From IMG/VR virus record IMGVR_UViG_3300036715_002842, positions 32,001 through 96,000 of that record: 64,000 bases of DNA. One strand, given 5' to 3'. Under the pieces are notes generated by a model, which was given only the letters and a program-made list of their open reading frames with translations, was not told the DNA's origin and ran no database searches. Position 1 is the stretch's first letter; each line of letters begins with the position of its first letter. This DNA is from a virus. Both the position numbers and the translations under genes were made by a program. Below are positions 23,381-33,303 of the stretch, in pieces.

Positions 23381-24966
23381 AGTGAAGCCGCCATATCATT
23401 TTCTTTCACTCCACCAGTTAGATCCGTCACCTGGTAGTTAAGAACGTTCGTGCAGACCTTCTTGAACTTCGCAGCACACCCATATAATATCCCAGTACCG
23501 GAATCCGCCCAGTAATAGGTTCGTGGCAAGAACTTGCGTGCGTAGAAGCGCTGCACTCGACCAATTACCTGCTCAATGAATACCTCGTTCGCGGTTGGGC
23601 AAACGATGTGTAAGGTATCAATGCAGGGGATATCAGTTCCCTCGGAGAACAGTTGCTTGGTTGCCACGAGGACATCAATCTTGTTGTTGTAGATTATATT
23701 GATCTGCGCACGCATGTCGGCGTTCAAATCCAATTTCTTTACCTCTTCGAGGAACTGTGGCCAAGTGAGGATTGGATCCCAGTCGATCTCATTCGCTGCG
23801 GCAAGAGAAGAGGTTACGTAGTCAATTGCTTTCTCAAGACCTGTGATCCGGTCAACCAGACTATCTCGATCGGCCTTCTTCATTGGCCCAGTGACACAGG
23901 CGGCGCTGATGCCAGAACTTATGAGCATCGCAGCCAGATTTTCAGCGTGGGCGACTCGCTCGGTAATCACCAGAATACGCCTATTTTCAGCCTGATTCTG
24001 AATTACCTTTTGGACTATCTTCTCATTGCGCGCCTTGTTTTTCACCACGACCGACATGACGGAAACCCAGTTCATGTTCTGCGGCAAAGGGAAGTGGCAG
24101 CCCTTGAGAATCTCGATCTCGCAGTTGTTCTTTACCTTACTCTCATACCGAACGGGTCCGAGAAGATCTGGAAGGAGAAGATGGTAGTTGTCCTTCCGCT
24201 TGGGAGTTGCGGAAACCCCCACAAAGATCTGCGGGTTCATGTACTTCAGGATCTTTGTCAAACTAGCGGCAGGAGCGCGATGGCACTCATCCACCATCAC
24301 TAATCCGAAAAGATTTTGGATTTTCTTCAGTCGATTCACTACATCGTAGTTCACTAGCTGGTAAGTCGAAACTGTAATGGGATAATAGACCGGTTCCCCG
24401 TTCTTGTCGAATTCGAGCTCCCCAACCAACTTTCTGCCAGTTTGAGCTTCAAGTTCGTTGATGTTGGTGTAATCTCGCAACCTAGTAACGAATTGGTCCT
24501 TCAAGTCTACCTTGTTCACTAGGAGAAGGATCTTTTGTTGCTGGAGAGTGATGAACGCAGTCATCACTACAGTCTTACCATAAGCCGGTGGAGCCTGGAA
24601 GATACCACCAATGTTCGGGGTAATGAATGCTTTGATTCCGGCTTTCTGATCATCCTTCAACTTACCGGTGAACTGTAAATCTAATCCAAGGGGGGCATTG
24701 GTTCTACGATCATCAAACTCGAAGTCTTTGAAGAGGTATTGGATCTTGTTAACATCCCCACGGCAGAAAGCGATGTACTCCCCAACCGGACGGTACATAC
24801 GTACATACTCTTCGAGGACTGGGTTGTCCTCATAGTTGTCGTACCCGAAGTCAACCTTCTGTTCGAACCGGTATGTGAAGGACTGCAGAATCGAGGGATT
24901 CTGTTCGACCCACACCCTTGGCACGTAGAGTGCATCTGCGAGAATTGCTTTCACGGCACACCTCAA
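23377..24966 (-). CDS. SF2 DNA helicase (UvsW/XPB-like)
   Basis: APPAYGKT, VDECH, SATPKRKD, SEGTDIP and QVIGRVQR. Confidence 0.9.
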   Translation of the reverse strand: MRCAVKAILADALYVPRVWVEQNPSILQSFTYRFEQKVDFGYDNYEDNPVLEEYVRMYRPVGEYIAFCRGDVNKIQYLFKDFEFDDRRTNAPLGLDLQFTGKLKDDQKAGIKAFITPNIGGIFQAPPAYGKTVVMTAFITLQQQKILLLVNKVDLKDQFVTRLRDYTNINELEAQTGRKLVGELEFDKNGEPVYYPITVSTYQLVNYDVVNRLKKIQNLFGLVMVDECHRAPAASLTKILKYMNPQIFVGVSATPKRKDNYHLLLPDLLGPVRYESKVKNNCEIEILKGCHFPLPQNMNWVSVMSVVVKNKARNEKIVQKVIQNQAENRRILVITERVAHAENLAAMLISSGISAACVTGPMKKADRDSLVDRITGLEKAIDYVTSSLAAANEIDWDPILTWPQFLEEVKKLDLNADMRAQINIIYNNKIDVLVATKQLFSEGTDIPCIDTLHIVCPTANEVFIEQVIGRVQRFYARKFLPRTYYWADSGTGILYGCAAKFKKVCTNVLNYQVTDLTGGVKENDMAASL

Positions 24967-25293
24967 TACGATTAACCATAATTTTAAGGGAAAGAGCGGA
25001 CTTAGTCGACCCTTTGCTTAGTGCCGTTTTCCTTTGCTTTCCGTTTCTGAACTTTCTTCGTGAGCAATCTTGGTGCTGGGTACCCTGGCCAGAGGTGTGT
25101 CGTGAGTGACTTCTTTTCATCGAAAAAGCCCCGCTAAATCCTGCTAGTTTAAAACAGAAATTTTCTTGGAAAAAGAACTTAATTGAGGAACTCGAAAAAC
25201 GGTTCGAGAAAAAGAACTCATAAAAATATCCTCTACAAATATATGGGGATTTCTGTACCACTTCACATTATCCAATTTATAAGCCTATATAAA

Positions 25294-26424
25294 TTATCTT
25301 GGCCCCAATTTGCGACTCCAGGAAACTGCTTGATTCCATCTGTCTTTTTTCTCAATCCCAGGTATCCTCTTACAGTACTCCAAATAGTCTTCTTCGGACT
25401 GGAATCTGTACACTAGTTTTCCTAACTCATCGTGCCACCGACCATTTTTGATTTTCATCTTCTCAGGTGCTGACAACAGTTCGGTCTTGGGGAGGTTTCT
25501 CAGAATCTCGCCAAACTCTCTTATTGCTCTGTAGGTCTTTGCTTTGTTCAAGGTGCTTTTCTCAATACACTGGATCTGATGGTACTTTCTCAATAATCGT
25601 ATCGCGTCGCTCACATAGGGTTGATGGCTCACTTCATTGGGGAACACTCTCTTAAAGGTCTTCACCATATAGTCTTGAGGAAGATCTGCTCCCTTCAGAA
25701 AATTCGAGCTTCCCAACATAAAAAGGCAGACCTTCACCATCTCTCTTCTTTGCTTTGGAGTGGCTTCAAATGTCTCCATCAAGGAATCAAGTTCCTTATA
25801 TTCTGTTGGCATCGACCATTCATGCTCTAGACGGCTAGTAGGAATGTTTTTATAGAACAGGAATGTCTTGGGTATCACTCTTGGAGGATTCTCAAAGGTC
25901 TCTTTAGACAGGAAGAAGACGGTCATAGCAGACAATCTACTATCGAACTTGCACTCAAATCTACACTTCTTCAGGATCAACTTCAGGTACTCTTCCAGAT
26001 CCTTCGCTCTCTTAGGACCATGAATCTGAACGTGGAACAGCGCTTTCTTCTTACCACTTGGGGTAGTAACGAGAACAGCGCTAGAAGCGAGCTCCTCTAT
26101 TCTCGAAGTATCTTCTACATCCCAGTCGAGGACGAGAAAATTCGAAAGGTTGGCTTGAATAATAGGGTGGAAATCCTTACCCTTTGTCGCGGCCAGCTCC
26201 ATCTCACGAGTCAGATCTTCTTTATATTCACCAACTTTACGTAGGAACTTGGTCGGCTCCTTCACCTTTCTCCATAGGAAAGAGTCGAAGTTCAGCACTC
26301 TTGGGGCACTCATCTCAATAAGAGTGGTTTTGAATGCCTCCGGTTTCGGGAGGGGAACGTCCCAAGTCTGAAGATCTTCTAGGGAAGGTAGCTCATCCAA
26401 GTTCGAAATCAGGGTTGCAGTCAT
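25294..26424 (-). CDS. Putative primase-polymerase-like protein
   Basis: FLVLDWD...VLVTTPSGK resembles AEP/Prim-Pol motifs I and II, but the motif II His is not evident. Confidence 0.4.
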   Translation of the reverse strand: MTATLISNLDELPSLEDLQTWDVPLPKPEAFKTTLIEMSAPRVLNFDSFLWRKVKEPTKFLRKVGEYKEDLTREMELAATKGKDFHPIIQANLSNFLVLDWDVEDTSRIEELASSAVLVTTPSGKKKALFHVQIHGPKRAKDLEEYLKLILKKCRFECKFDSRLSAMTVFFLSKETFENPPRVIPKTFLFYKNIPTSRLEHEWSMPTEYKELDSLMETFEATPKQRREMVKVCLFMLGSSNFLKGADLPQDYMVKTFKRVFPNEVSHQPYVSDAIRLLRKYHQIQCIEKSTLNKAKTYRAIREFGEILRNLPKTELLSAPEKMKIKNGRWHDELGKLVYRFQSEEDYLEYCKRIPGIEKKDRWNQAVSWSRKLGPR

Positions 26425-26513
26425 ATGAGTAGTTAACGCATAATTTCGGGGGATTAGGAATGTCCCTCATATTTTGTGCTCTCAGGTTACTTATTTCTAT
26501 TCGAGGAGTGAAC

Positions 26514-27440
26514 GTGTCCCTACTTCAAGGATCCTTCAACTGGACAGTCTTCGAGACCTTCGGAGAAAACCCTAAGGATGCCGACCTGTTTGATCTGATG
26601 ACCACTCGTGCCCTTTTCAAAGAGGGGTTCCCCGGAGACTACCACTCTATCGGCTTCTGCCACTGGAACGATCCAGGTTCCGTCCCTGTCCTAGATCAGA
26701 CTTTCCTCGCTGATGGTTGGGTCCTGATGGGCATTCGGAAGGATAGCAAGAGGGTTCCCAAGGCCCTAGTGAATATGGAATTCCGTGCATACCTCAAGGG
26801 ACTCTCTGCGGATCAAAAGAAGGGCCTCAATAAGAAGATGATCCTTCAGGACATCACAGACAAGCTTCTGCCAACCATCCCCTTTACCCCTTCCATCCAA
26901 GTCGCCGCATGGCATCGGCCCTCCAAGCGCCTCTACTGCGAGGGAATGGGGCTCTATGACTGGCTCGTGGGCCACCTCGGTACCTTGGGCGTGAAGATTA
27001 CCCCTGCGACCTTCCTGGACCAGCACGGCAAGGCATTTGAGATGATCCGGAGCATGACCTTCGATGCCATCCAGTGCCCTGGAGCACCCTCCCTTGTACC
27101 CAGTCAGGTTTCTTACGCACCCACCCCGGATCTTACCATCCAGCTTGAGGACCAAAAGATCTCTTTTCTGGGAGATGGGGACGATGATGCCGCGAAAGCC
27201 GAGTGCGATTCCCTTCTGACTAAGGGTGGAAAAATTGTCAAGATGAAAGTCCTCACCAATCTTGAGGATGACAACTACGTTCTTCAGCTCAACAGTAGCA
27301 ACCCAAACGTTCTTAAGTTCAATCCTGGCAATATTAGGGGTTCGATCTACGACAAACTTTTCCACCGCCTTGAAAAGGCGGTCGCTATCACCTATACTCT
27401 AGAGAATGTCGTACGCAACGGAGCCAACGCAAAGGTTTAA
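26514..27440 (+). CDS. rdgC: RdgC-like recombination-associated protein
   Basis: SIGFCHW, MGIRKDSKRVPKALV and ITDKLLPTIPFTPS match the RdgC N-terminal pattern. GTG start with GAGGAG RBS. Confidence 0.65.
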   Translation: MSLLQGSFNWTVFETFGENPKDADLFDLMTTRALFKEGFPGDYHSIGFCHWNDPGSVPVLDQTFLADGWVLMGIRKDSKRVPKALVNMEFRAYLKGLSADQKKGLNKKMILQDITDKLLPTIPFTPSIQVAAWHRPSKRLYCEGMGLYDWLVGHLGTLGVKITPATFLDQHGKAFEMIRSMTFDAIQCPGAPSLVPSQVSYAPTPDLTIQLEDQKISFLGDGDDDAAKAECDSLLTKGGKIVKMKVLTNLEDDNYVLQLNSSNPNVLKFNPGNIRGSIYDKLFHRLEKAVAITYTLENVVRNGANAKV

Positions 27441-27448
27441 TACTCACC

Positions 27449-27476
27449 TTGACAATTTTTCAAAACGGGTTAATCT
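27449..27476 (+). promoter_or_regulatory. Sigma70-type promoter
   Basis: TTGACA-N16-TAATCT. Confidence 0.65.
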
Positions 27477-27507
27477 CTACATAGGGACCTAGTGTCCAGG
27501 AGATAAG

Positions 27508-28050
27508 ATGAAAGAGAAACTCCCATCCGGCCGTCTTCGAGTTTATCAACTCCAGCACGTGATGAATCCTGAGAGTTGGTTCAAGAATCACTCCAGACAT
27601 AATTGGGAATTTCACCTGACGAACTTGAAGAGGCTTCAAGAGCTTCTTCCGGGAAGTTGCTACGAGCATCGGGATCCCCACCAGAACCTCCTCTGTCAGG
27701 TCGAGGACTTCCAGTTGATTGGGGATCTGGTCGTCACCAAGACCAAGGTGCTCTCCGCGGACAACATCCTCTTCGATATTGAAGAGGGGAAGATCCGGGC
27801 AACCGTCGAGGGTGAGGATGAGGTCCAGGAAGTTTTCTACTACTCCGCGCTGGATAGTTCCTGGAAGAACCGTCTACCTGCCCCTCGACAGAATGGTGGC
27901 ACGCAGGTCGAGGTCCTCAAGTTCCAGACCAAGCTGATGAAGCAGAATAATGAGGCCGATGAGTGGCTCCGAGAGAGCGCCCGGCGCCGCGAGCAGTTCA
28001 AGAACTACGAACCGGAAGAGGTTGAAGTTCGCGAGCAGAACCATGATTGA
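27508..28050 (+). CDS. Hypothetical protein
   Basis: AGGAG RBS, downstream of a promoter. Confidence 0.7.
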   Translation: MKEKLPSGRLRVYQLQHVMNPESWFKNHSRHNWEFHLTNLKRLQELLPGSCYEHRDPHQNLLCQVEDFQLIGDLVVTKTKVLSADNILFDIEEGKIRATVEGEDEVQEVFYYSALDSSWKNRLPAPRQNGGTQVEVLKFQTKLMKQNNEADEWLRESARRREQFKNYEPEEVEVREQNHD

Positions 28051-28543
28051 GGTTGTAGTCCATTTAGTTCTCTATCGGAACGTTACAGAAGAAAAGCCAA
28101 ACCGGTCTAAGATGGTGCCACTCTCTTGCTACACCAAGAGAGTGACCTTACCTTTCGCACCAGCTATCGGAATGACTCTCAGGTTGAAAGATCTCACAAA
28201 GTTCCATGGAAACAACCGGTTCTATGAAATTCAGTCAATCCAGCTTTTCGATGACCGGGAATTGGCTTCCGTTTACGTGGAAGAGAAGTTCAAGCCCCTG
28301 GAGAAGTACAAGGATCAGGATCCCAGATTCGAGAAGTTTATAAAGTATCTACTTGGTAGCGGCTGGGAAGTTTGCACACCCTCCAGGAAAATCGTCAAGG
28401 GTATATTTAAAGCTGGAGGATGTCATGGCAAAGCGCCGAAAAGGACCATTTCTTGGCAGGTATTTCCTGTCTCGGAAGCAGATGGTCGAAGCCAAAGTCA
28501 TCCAGGACCAGAACAATGGCAGGATGAAACGGGGAGAAATTAA
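28043..28543 (+). CDS. Hypothetical protein
   Basis: ATG overlaps the upstream stop. Confidence 0.5.
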   Translation: MIEVVVHLVLYRNVTEEKPNRSKMVPLSCYTKRVTLPFAPAIGMTLRLKDLTKFHGNNRFYEIQSIQLFDDRELASVYVEEKFKPLEKYKDQDPRFEKFIKYLLGSGWEVCTPSRKIVKGIFKAGGCHGKAPKRTISWQVFPVSEADGRSQSHPGPEQWQDETGRN

Positions 28544-28602
28544 GAATTTCACCCTTGTAACCTGTGGCTGTGTGGTTGTGGCGTCTTCGTTTCCGAGAAG
28601 AA

Positions 28603-29154
28603 ATGAACATCTTTTGCATCGAAGGTGAAGGTGAGATTATTGATTGGGTAAAAAGTGCCCAGTCTCTTGACAATTACCGCGTGGTAAAGATGCTTGTGGA
28701 GACCACCCAGCTTCTTTGCTGCGCGCTGAATGAGCAGGGGATTGAGACTCCTTACAAGACTAGGCACCATAATCCGCAGGCAGTTTCCGCTTGGGTGATG
28801 GCCTCCTCCGCGAATTGGATGAATCTCTACTACCATGCGATTGCAATGCTCGCGGAGTATCGAAGGCGGTTCGGACCCAAGCCTTTCCGGAGTGACGAGG
28901 TTCTCCATACGGTCTTCCAGTTGTTCGATCCCAAGCGGTTCCCATCGCAGAAACCTACCCCAGTGATGCTGGCAATGCCGGACGAGTTCAAGGACCCCAA
29001 GAACCCTGTTCAAAGTTACCGGCGGTTCTACGCAACCAAACCCAACATGAGATACCCTGCTGACAAGATCCCTTCGTGGTTCCTTGAGCTCCGTGGGGAT
29101 ATCCCCTTCGAGGTGGTGAATGACAACGTTCGTAATCGGCCAGTTCTTTCGTGA
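28603..29154 (+). CDS. Pyrimidine-dimer DNA glycosylase/endonuclease V family-like protein
   Basis: MNIF...VVKMLVETTQLL, YKTRHHNP, EYRRRFG and LAMPDEFK...VQSYRRFY. Confidence 0.8.
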   Translation: MNIFCIEGEGEIIDWVKSAQSLDNYRVVKMLVETTQLLCCALNEQGIETPYKTRHHNPQAVSAWVMASSANWMNLYYHAIAMLAEYRRRFGPKPFRSDEVLHTVFQLFDPKRFPSQKPTPVMLAMPDEFKDPKNPVQSYRRFYATKPNMRYPADKIPSWFLELRGDIPFEVVNDNVRNRPVLS

Positions 29155-29671
29155 TGCCCGCAAGCCCGCTGGGTACGAAAAGAGCTACAACGAAGATTCT
29201 CTTCTGAAGGCTGTGGAGTGTAACTTCGCAACTGCCATTCCAGGCTACCGTGATGGTGTGGTCCTGGTCCGAATCCTTCCCAAGTACCTTCGTTCTTCTG
29301 TCGTGGAGTTGACACCGGACCTGAAGATTGTAACCACGTTCGAGAGTCGAGTCCCAGGGGAAACCCCGAGAAAAAGAACTTTCGCCGTAGTGGATGAGCT
29401 CCCTGAAGCTGGAAGTGCCAGTGTGGTTTTGTACCGTGCGGATGTTCTGGCCGAGGATAACGATCGGTCTTCAGATGCTGACTGGGAGGTTGTTACCGTT
29501 CTGGCTCACTGCGATCGGGAGCCAGAACCTATGAACCCTGGTACCCTGATGGCGAACCACTTCAAGGCCGATGGTGGAACTTCCACTTTGATGAACGCGG
29601 AACAGTTCGAGGCAGCTCTTCGTGAGAGCTACAACTTCTGGAAGACCCGCATCCTCGCGGAAGTTCGTTAA
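29120..29671 (+). CDS. Conserved hypothetical protein (DUF3228-like)
   Basis: PGYRDGVVLV, VVLYRADVLAE, DWEV and PMNPGTLMANHF...GGT. Confidence 0.65.
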   Translation: MTTFVIGQFFRDARKPAGYEKSYNEDSLLKAVECNFATAIPGYRDGVVLVRILPKYLRSSVVELTPDLKIVTTFESRVPGETPRKRTFAVVDELPEAGSASVVLYRADVLAEDNDRSSDADWEVVTVLAHCDREPEPMNPGTLMANHFKADGGTSTLMNAEQFEAALRESYNFWKTRILAEVR

Positions 29672-29734
29672 GCCGAGTTCCTAAAACAGTCATATCCCTC
29701 TCCCCGGTTATAATTGGGAGAGGGAGAATTCTGG

Positions 29735-31153
29735 ATGCCACTACTACAGACCTTCATTGCTGCCGACGCCAAGCCCACTGTAGACAATTACAACAACCTG
29801 AACCTCGGAATTCTGCCGAAGGGCATCTATTCTGGTGGAGCAGTCTCGCAGGGTCCGGGTCGTCAGGTGACGGTAGAGGCTTTCCACGCTAAGGCTTACG
29901 ATGGATTCACAATCGTAGGCGAGACTCAGAATATCAACATTCCACCTGCCCCGAAACAGGGCTGGGCGTTGGTACTCTACGCGAAGAGCTGGGTACCTGG
30001 GGACGCACCCCCAAAGAGTCATAAGGTAGAGTTCCGGGTCATTCCTTGGGTTGGCACTGATGCGATCAAAGGTTATACCGATGTCGATCCGGGACCGGAT
30101 TACCCGTACTACATCCTCTTTGCGAAGATCGACGCTCTGAGTAATGAGGTTCGAATTCTTCCTACAGAGATCAATACTTCGTTCTCGGATCGAGTTAATC
30201 TTCTGAACCTCTCATCCACCCAGCTTATGATCGGATCCTCGAACTTTAACGGTCCTATAGGCACCGCCGTTTATCATCACCTGGGCCATACAATGTACAA
30301 GGTTCAGGTCACTCCAACCGAGGCACCTAACGTTGGCATTGGTGACATCTGGGTAGTGAAGGATAGTAAATTCTTCACCGTATTCTCTAACGGCTCGGTC
30401 ACCACCAAATTCGATTGGGCAGTTTCAACCTCTCAGGCCAGTCTGGGGGTAGATGCACAATCCGCCTTTGGTAGTCGATTCGGAAAAGCACTCTTGAAGG
30501 ATCCGGTTCCTATCGTTCACAACGAAGGAGCATCCAACTATGTGCTTCTTGCAGCAGTACTGGGCATGCAGGAGCCCCTATCCCAGTTACCCTACGTGGT
30601 CCAGACCGATACTGTAGGCACCATTACTGGGGATTCTACCGTAACCACTCCCATCTGCTGGCAACTCGTTTCTGGTTCGACGCACCAGAACATGTTGTTC
30701 GATTCCTTCATCATGGGTAATAGCACGTTCGAAGATACCTACGACCAAAACGTAGATGCTAGATCTCTTCGGGTCTTCATTTACCCTGAAGTTTCTCACA
30801 CGAATCCGGTCGTTACAGTAACAAATTACGAGACAACTCAGGGGGATCCGACTACCAATCGGGTGAAGATCAAGTTTGATTGTATCGTTCCAGACGGAAC
30901 TAAATGTCGAAGAGTGATCTTCAAGAATCCTGGTTCTTACCCAAGTGGTACAACGACCGGCATGGGAACTATCGAGATTCTTCACAACCTAGACCTGGAC
31001 ATGTACGTCCCATTCATTTCCTTCACCAACGTTACCGGGGGTTCTTTGACTGGGTATAATGTGGAGATAGGACGTAAGTCCTTCAAGGTTGTAGTACCGA
31101 CTGGGGTTTCTGTTTCCTTTGATTGGCTGCTTGTGCCGAGTTTCACTTCATGA
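29735..31153 (+). CDS. Putative virion structural protein (tail fibre/baseplate associated)
   Basis: Beta-rich. LPKGIYSGG N-terminal motif and repeated H(H/N)(L/E)G...F.V...FDW modules typical of fibre domains. Confidence 0.6.
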   Translation: MPLLQTFIAADAKPTVDNYNNLNLGILPKGIYSGGAVSQGPGRQVTVEAFHAKAYDGFTIVGETQNINIPPAPKQGWALVLYAKSWVPGDAPPKSHKVEFRVIPWVGTDAIKGYTDVDPGPDYPYYILFAKIDALSNEVRILPTEINTSFSDRVNLLNLSSTQLMIGSSNFNGPIGTAVYHHLGHTMYKVQVTPTEAPNVGIGDIWVVKDSKFFTVFSNGSVTTKFDWAVSTSQASLGVDAQSAFGSRFGKALLKDPVPIVHNEGASNYVLLAAVLGMQEPLSQLPYVVQTDTVGTITGDSTVTTPICWQLVSGSTHQNMLFDSFIMGNSTFEDTYDQNVDARSLRVFIYPEVSHTNPVVTVTNYETTQGDPTTNRVKIKFDCIVPDGTKCRRVIFKNPGSYPSGTTTGMGTIEILHNLDLDMYVPFISFTNVTGGSLTGYNVEIGRKSFKVVVPTGVSVSFDWLLVPSFTS

Positions 31154-31160
31154 GGTCTGC

Positions 31161-31478
31161 GTGAGTAAGGTACGACACGTCTACGGCACCTCAGTTGATG
31201 ACCGTAAAAGGGCAATCGCTAACCTTCAGTTTGCCCTGGAGGATAAGGCTCTCTGGTACATGAATTGTAAGTATCGTCCAAACAAAACCGCGATTGCAAA
31301 GGGAAAATTTTGTAATTGGATCACAAAGGACACCTTTGATCTAGCTTGTAAAGCGATTATCAATGCAACGGACCCCATCTATTTCTACACGTTCGGAGAC
31401 ATGGTAGAGTTGGATGGGCAGAAGATCACTGAGTTCGCAAACTGGGACTCAATGGACCTTCGTAAGATATCTGGTTAG
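31161..31478 (+). CDS. Hypothetical protein
   Basis: GTG start after a GAGG RBS. Confidence 0.55.
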   Translation: MSKVRHVYGTSVDDRKRAIANLQFALEDKALWYMNCKYRPNKTAIAKGKFCNWITKDTFDLACKAIINATDPIYFYTFGDMVELDGQKITEFANWDSMDLRKISG

Positions 31479-31485
31479 ATTGATC

Positions 31486-33303
31486 ATGAATACCTGGTAC
31501 AAGAGATATCTTGACTTAATTGGATTGAAGTATCCGGGTGACAGTATTTTTATCAAGAAGAACCCAGAGTTCTGTTCAAGTGTTCTCAATGCAACTTCTA
31601 AATGTTCTTCAAACCTCCCCATCCTTTCAAGGGTTCTTCTTCTAGATATGGGTTTGGAGATTGAACCTCCATGTATAATTTGTGGTAATAAATCTATTTG
31701 GTGGAAGGATCCACACAATCCTTCCAGCGGTTGGAAGGATCACACCTGTTCTGCCTCTTGTAGTCGAAGGGCCGTAAGAGTTCTTCGTGGTGAGACTCTT
31801 ATAGAAAAGCAGAAACAAACGGTTAGGAATCGTTATGGTGTTGAGAATGTTGCGACGCTGAAAGAAGTTCAAGAGACTATTAAGAAAACCAACTTGGAGA
31901 GGTTTGGAACCGAAGCCTCTTCGAGGTCCTTGGTTGTACAAGAAAAGAAACTTAGAACTATTCGAGAACGTTATGGTGTTGATAACGTTATGCAGGTAGA
32001 TAATATTAGAGAGAAAGTAGAGAAGACTTGCCTTGAGAAATTTGGTTTCAAGCATGCTGCTAGTTCTGAAACCGTGAAAGATGCAACAAAGAAGACTAAC
32101 TTGGATCTGTATGGTTGCCCTTACCCAATGCAGAATATAGATGTTAAAAGGAAGAGACTCGAAACTTTTCGAGAGAGATTCAGTGTAGATCATCCAATGC
32201 AGACTGAAGAATATAAGGTCAAGCTCAAATCAACTTTGAAGGTATTATATGGAACCAGAAAAATCGGTTGGCGCTATAAATGCCCAACCGATGTGGCAAT
32301 AGAAAAGTTGAAATCCCGTGAATTTTGGAATTCTGAACATGTTCAGAATAAGAAGAGTCTTCATCAAATAGCGAGAGAACTTAACACTACCAGTTCGACC
32401 GTAGCAATTTATTTCTTCAAATACAGCGGTTTACCCAAAATTCTAATTCGATCTGGCGTTTCTTCCGAGGAACAGAACTTCTTTTCCTTCTTGGAATCAA
32501 AAATAAGTGGGATTCTTCAATCTATTCCTTTAAGTTCCCTCGGTGGGAAGAGTAAAAGATCCTTGGATGCCTACATTCCACAGCTAAATTTAGCATTTGA
32601 ATACAATGGGGTATATTGGCATTCAGAAAAATTTCGTTCTTCTAGGGAGCACTTAGAGAAGACCTTAGAGTGTGAAAAACTTGGCATACGGCTTATCCAC
32701 GTGTGGTCGGACGATTGGATATTCAAACAAGAACTCGTGAAGAAAAAGATTTGTTCGTTACTGGGTTTAGAATTCCAAAAGGTATATGCGAGGAAGTGTG
32801 CCATCGTTTCTGTAGATAGTAAGAAGAAGAAGAATTTTTACAGCACGAACCATATCAAGGGAGATGGTGTTGGCTCAATAAGTTATGGTCTCCAATACGG
32901 TGGGCAACTTGTAGCACTTATCACTTTCAAAAATATTGGGAAGGGAATTTACGATCTCAATCGTTACGCAACCTCTTGCAGTGTTGTAGGTGGATTCAGC
33001 AAATTACTCAGTCATTTCAAGAAAAATACTAATTGGTCAAAAATCTATACCTACGCAGATCGAAGTTGGAGTCGTGGGGATGTGTATCTTAAAACTGGAT
33101 TTACCTTCCTGTCGGAAATTCCACCCTCTTTTCATGGTCTAGAAAAAGACCGAAGAGTTAACCGCTTGAATTATACCCACAAAAAACTATCCCGTAGGTT
33201 CCCAACTGCGGTTGGAACCCAGGATCAGATCATGAGTAGTGCCGGTATACTTAGAATCTGGGATTGTGGGCAGTTGAAGTTCGGAGTGACTAACCATGGC
33301 TGA
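31486..33303 (+). CDS. Putative free-standing homing endonuclease, paralogue of 21695-23380
   Basis: RYGVENV/TNLERFG repeats, AFEYNGVYWHS, LIHVWSDDW, and YDLNRYATSCSVVGGFSKLL identical to the paralogue; AT-rich. Confidence 0.8.
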   Translation: MNTWYKRYLDLIGLKYPGDSIFIKKNPEFCSSVLNATSKCSSNLPILSRVLLLDMGLEIEPPCIICGNKSIWWKDPHNPSSGWKDHTCSASCSRRAVRVLRGETLIEKQKQTVRNRYGVENVATLKEVQETIKKTNLERFGTEASSRSLVVQEKKLRTIRERYGVDNVMQVDNIREKVEKTCLEKFGFKHAASSETVKDATKKTNLDLYGCPYPMQNIDVKRKRLETFRERFSVDHPMQTEEYKVKLKSTLKVLYGTRKIGWRYKCPTDVAIEKLKSREFWNSEHVQNKKSLHQIARELNTTSSTVAIYFFKYSGLPKILIRSGVSSEEQNFFSFLESKISGILQSIPLSSLGGKSKRSLDAYIPQLNLAFEYNGVYWHSEKFRSSREHLEKTLECEKLGIRLIHVWSDDWIFKQELVKKKICSLLGLEFQKVYARKCAIVSVDSKKKKNFYSTNHIKGDGVGSISYGLQYGGQLVALITFKNIGKGIYDLNRYATSCSVVGGFSKLLSHFKKNTNWSKIYTYADRSWSRGDVYLKTGFTFLSEIPPSFHGLEKDRRVNRLNYTHKKLSRRFPTAVGTQDQIMSSAGILRIWDCGQLKFGVTNHG

